A stretch of DNA of 62,969 nucleotides, filler included, from Mitosporidium daphniae (Eukaryota): NCBI RefSeq assembly GCF_000760515.2. It is 34 parts of 34 records of this genome, joined end to end, with 100 filler letters (N's around TTAATTAATTAA, not from the genome) between each part and the next. Parts side by side here need not be neighbours in the genome. Positions count along the whole stretch, not along the records: positions 59,709 to 61,289 come from NW_013546498.1; positions 61,390 to 62,969 come from NW_013546497.1; 32 more parts are not named here. The stretch is one strand, 5' to 3'. The notes under the pieces were generated by a model that was given only the letters and a program-made list of their open reading frames with translations, was not told where the DNA came from and did no database searches. Both the position numbers and the translations under genes were made by a program. Positions 60,779 to 62,969 of the stretch are shown here, piece by piece. Within the stretch, counting starts at the first letter, position 1. Every line of letters starts with the position of its first letter.

Positions 60779-61389
60779 ATTATCACACATAATAAAAGAG
60801 ATAGCACTATCAAATCTGAGGCTTGTGTTATTTTGCCGGCCATGTGACGAATGGAGAGGAAAATAATAATTTAGTAATAAATCGATGGGGGTAAAATTGT
60901 AGATGGAAGTTTCATCATAAGGATATGGTTCAATATCATTTCAGTGTCGAAATAACGCAGTTGAAAAAAAACTTGTTCATACAAATGTTTATTCACATAG
61001 ACATAGCCCGAGACTGTTTGGAATCCATTCATTTGGAGTCCTCGTAAATTCTTTCATCATCCAGTGAATTCTTCGAAAAGAAATCTCAGGATAAAATAAA
61101 AATCTTATTCCAAGTGGAACATACGAAAATGCGGGTTCCTTCCAAAAAATTATCCCTATCGAAAGATTAATATAAAACGGCTGATTGGTGGTTTGAATCG
61201 TCGTTAGACATAAATTGTTCAAAAAGCATCAAGATTGAATCATGTAAAAGTAACATCTACACTATAAAATAGAGATTTCACTTGGAATANNNNNNNNNNN
61301 NNNNNNNNNNNNNNNNNNNNNNNNNNNNNNNNNTTAATTAATTAANNNNNNNNNNNNNNNNNNNNNNNNNNNNNNNNNNNNNNNNNNNN

Positions 61390-61452
61390 ATCCCAGGTGT
61401 CAGAACATGAATCCCAGGTGTCAGAACATGAATCCCAGGTGTCAGAGCATGA
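61390..61452. repeat. 21-bp coding tandem repeat (SQVSEHE x3) at contig start
   Basis: atcccaggtgtcagaacatga repeated. Confidence 0.9.
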
Positions 61453-62649
61453 AGATCCCCTTTCTGATGAAAGTAGCGGCTCCTTGGACCTTAAAGATGA
61501 CTATTCTTTGGGGCTTAAAAATAACAGCTCAATTGGTCTTCTGCCAATCGATGCTCTTCAAGGAGAGAAATCAACCGAATTAAATGCTATCCCGAACGAA
61601 GAGAAAAACCTTCTTATTGATCTTGACAGAGATCCCTTTTCGCCAGTTATGCAGCCTATCATAGCGAGAAGAACGTTCTTCAAGCTTGTGCATGCGAACA
61701 CCGGTTGCTCGCTAACCTCATTCGGGAAGGGCCTTCCTGATTGGGCCTTTCACCAGTCAGAGGTAACGTGCGGCAGAAATACCCTTCGTTCCCACAGTGT
61801 GTTGGTCTTTGAGACAAATACTCACCCTTCAAGTAAGCTTTCTTATTAACCCCAGTTCCATCCACCGATTTCAAAAACGTTACCTACCAAAGACTTGGAT
61901 TTTGGGATTCTTTCATCGAGCTACATTGTTTAATGTGGAACCTGAACAAGAGATTAGTAGCACCACACCACTATAGCTCTCGCCCCTTATCATGGCCATT
62001 TTTGTTAAGGGGAATTGCATTTTGGTCTGGCTCTCAAGGACATTCACGAAACTTTACCGTTGAAATTGAGGACGATGTAAAGCGTATCACATGGACGCAT
62101 GGCTCATTCAGGGAAGATGAAAACATGAAATATTCGCACCAAGGACAGCAGATCCACTTGATTGGAAATCCATTAATTTGGCTTTGTGTTTCGTTTGCCG
62201 TCTTTTCGTACTCTGCATATGTTTTTGTTTGCTTCCTCAAGTCACAAAGATATTCCAAAATGAAGGTCAAAACATTTTCACTATTGAATCCATTAAGGAA
62301 AGGCGGAATAGTCTATTCTGCCTACATCTTACACTATTTGCCGTTTTTCTTCATGGGAAGGCAGCTGTACTTGCACCACTACCTCACGGCATACTACTTT
62401 GGTATCCTTTTATTGACTATCCTTTTCCGCTCCATAATGTCGCGATTTTCTTTATCGGCTTTTTCGGTCAGGGCTGTGTTGGGAGGAATTGTCGCAATAG
62501 CGATTTCTGTATTTATAGAATTTTCACCCCTGACATACGGGTTGTCAATGTCGTTTGAACGTTGCGAGCGCTTGCGCTGGTTTTCCACGTGGGACTTTGA
62601 CTGCTCGTTGCTACCTTCTGCAGTGGCGCCTGCGAAACTGTACACGTAG
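61390..62649 (+). CDS. Dolichyl-phosphate-mannose:protein O-mannosyltransferase (PMT family), C-terminal part
   Basis: MIR motif FKLVH..TGC.L...LPDWAF.Q.EVTC, SRPLSWP, LIGNP..W and HYLPFF.M.RQLYLHHY. 23-nt intron at 61833-61855. Confidence 0.93.
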
Positions 62650-62969
62650 AAACTTTGCCTTGAACGACTTTGTCAATTAAACGTTTGTCTGTGGAAATTA
62701 AAAATTGCAAATCTTATTGTGGGGACTAACCATTTTATTGCTGTTGGCGGCGTTTGCACTTACAAGATCTCCTTCATGGCGTGGCATATCAGTGGCAGCT
62801 GCAGAAAGGACGGCGCTTTTGAAGATAAAACTGAATTTAAAATTTGATCGCTAAAATATAAGCACACGAAATCTGTACCTTTCCGAAGGTGTCAAACAGT
62901 GGCACGATAGGCTCAATATTTTAAGGGCCGGGTAAAACCCGTCCGAAATGTCTACAACAACGTCAACGG

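Noticed and set aside
2029..61389. Regularly spaced identical TTAATTAATTAA units resembling a CRISPR or repeat array; ORFs ending in X...LIN
   Set aside because: Artificial linkers flanked by N runs, not biology. Cross-linker gene neighbourhoods were ignored.

Overview
This is not a continuous chromosome. It is 34 unrelated 1.6-2.0 kb contigs, sorted by decreasing length and joined by 33 artificial 100-nt linkers (44 N + TTAATTAATTAA + 44 N), so adjacency across a linker means nothing. The source is a gene-dense eukaryote using the standard code, with very short GT-AG introns (23-35 nt). Housekeeping genes are fungal/opisthokont-like: UBR1, CEG1, COQ4, two BiP-type Hsp70s, VID27, IPI1, ERV41-like, PDA1, TBCC, a homeobox protein, ERV2, MTO1, IMA1, NADP-IDH, PAH1, LHS1-like, PP1, BBP/SF1, LRO1 and PMT. 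Tiny introns, compaction and retained COQ4/MTO1/IDH suggest a rozellid or early-branching microsporidia-like intracellular parasite (inference). The accessory contigs look like a host-interaction repertoire: a family sharing one signal-peptide leader across different bodies, a secreted kinase, signal-peptide-bearing divergent sugar porters with a shared upstream region, and a secreted protein with Pro-Asn repeats encoded by CCCTAA and split over two contigs. Also present are a bacterial-type FkbM methyltransferase next to COQ4, a 675-codon DUF3638-type NTPase ORF missed by the ORF track, and decayed remnants that may derive from a PIN-nuclease/TnpB-like element (speculative). All family assignments are motif recognition by eye, not database searches.
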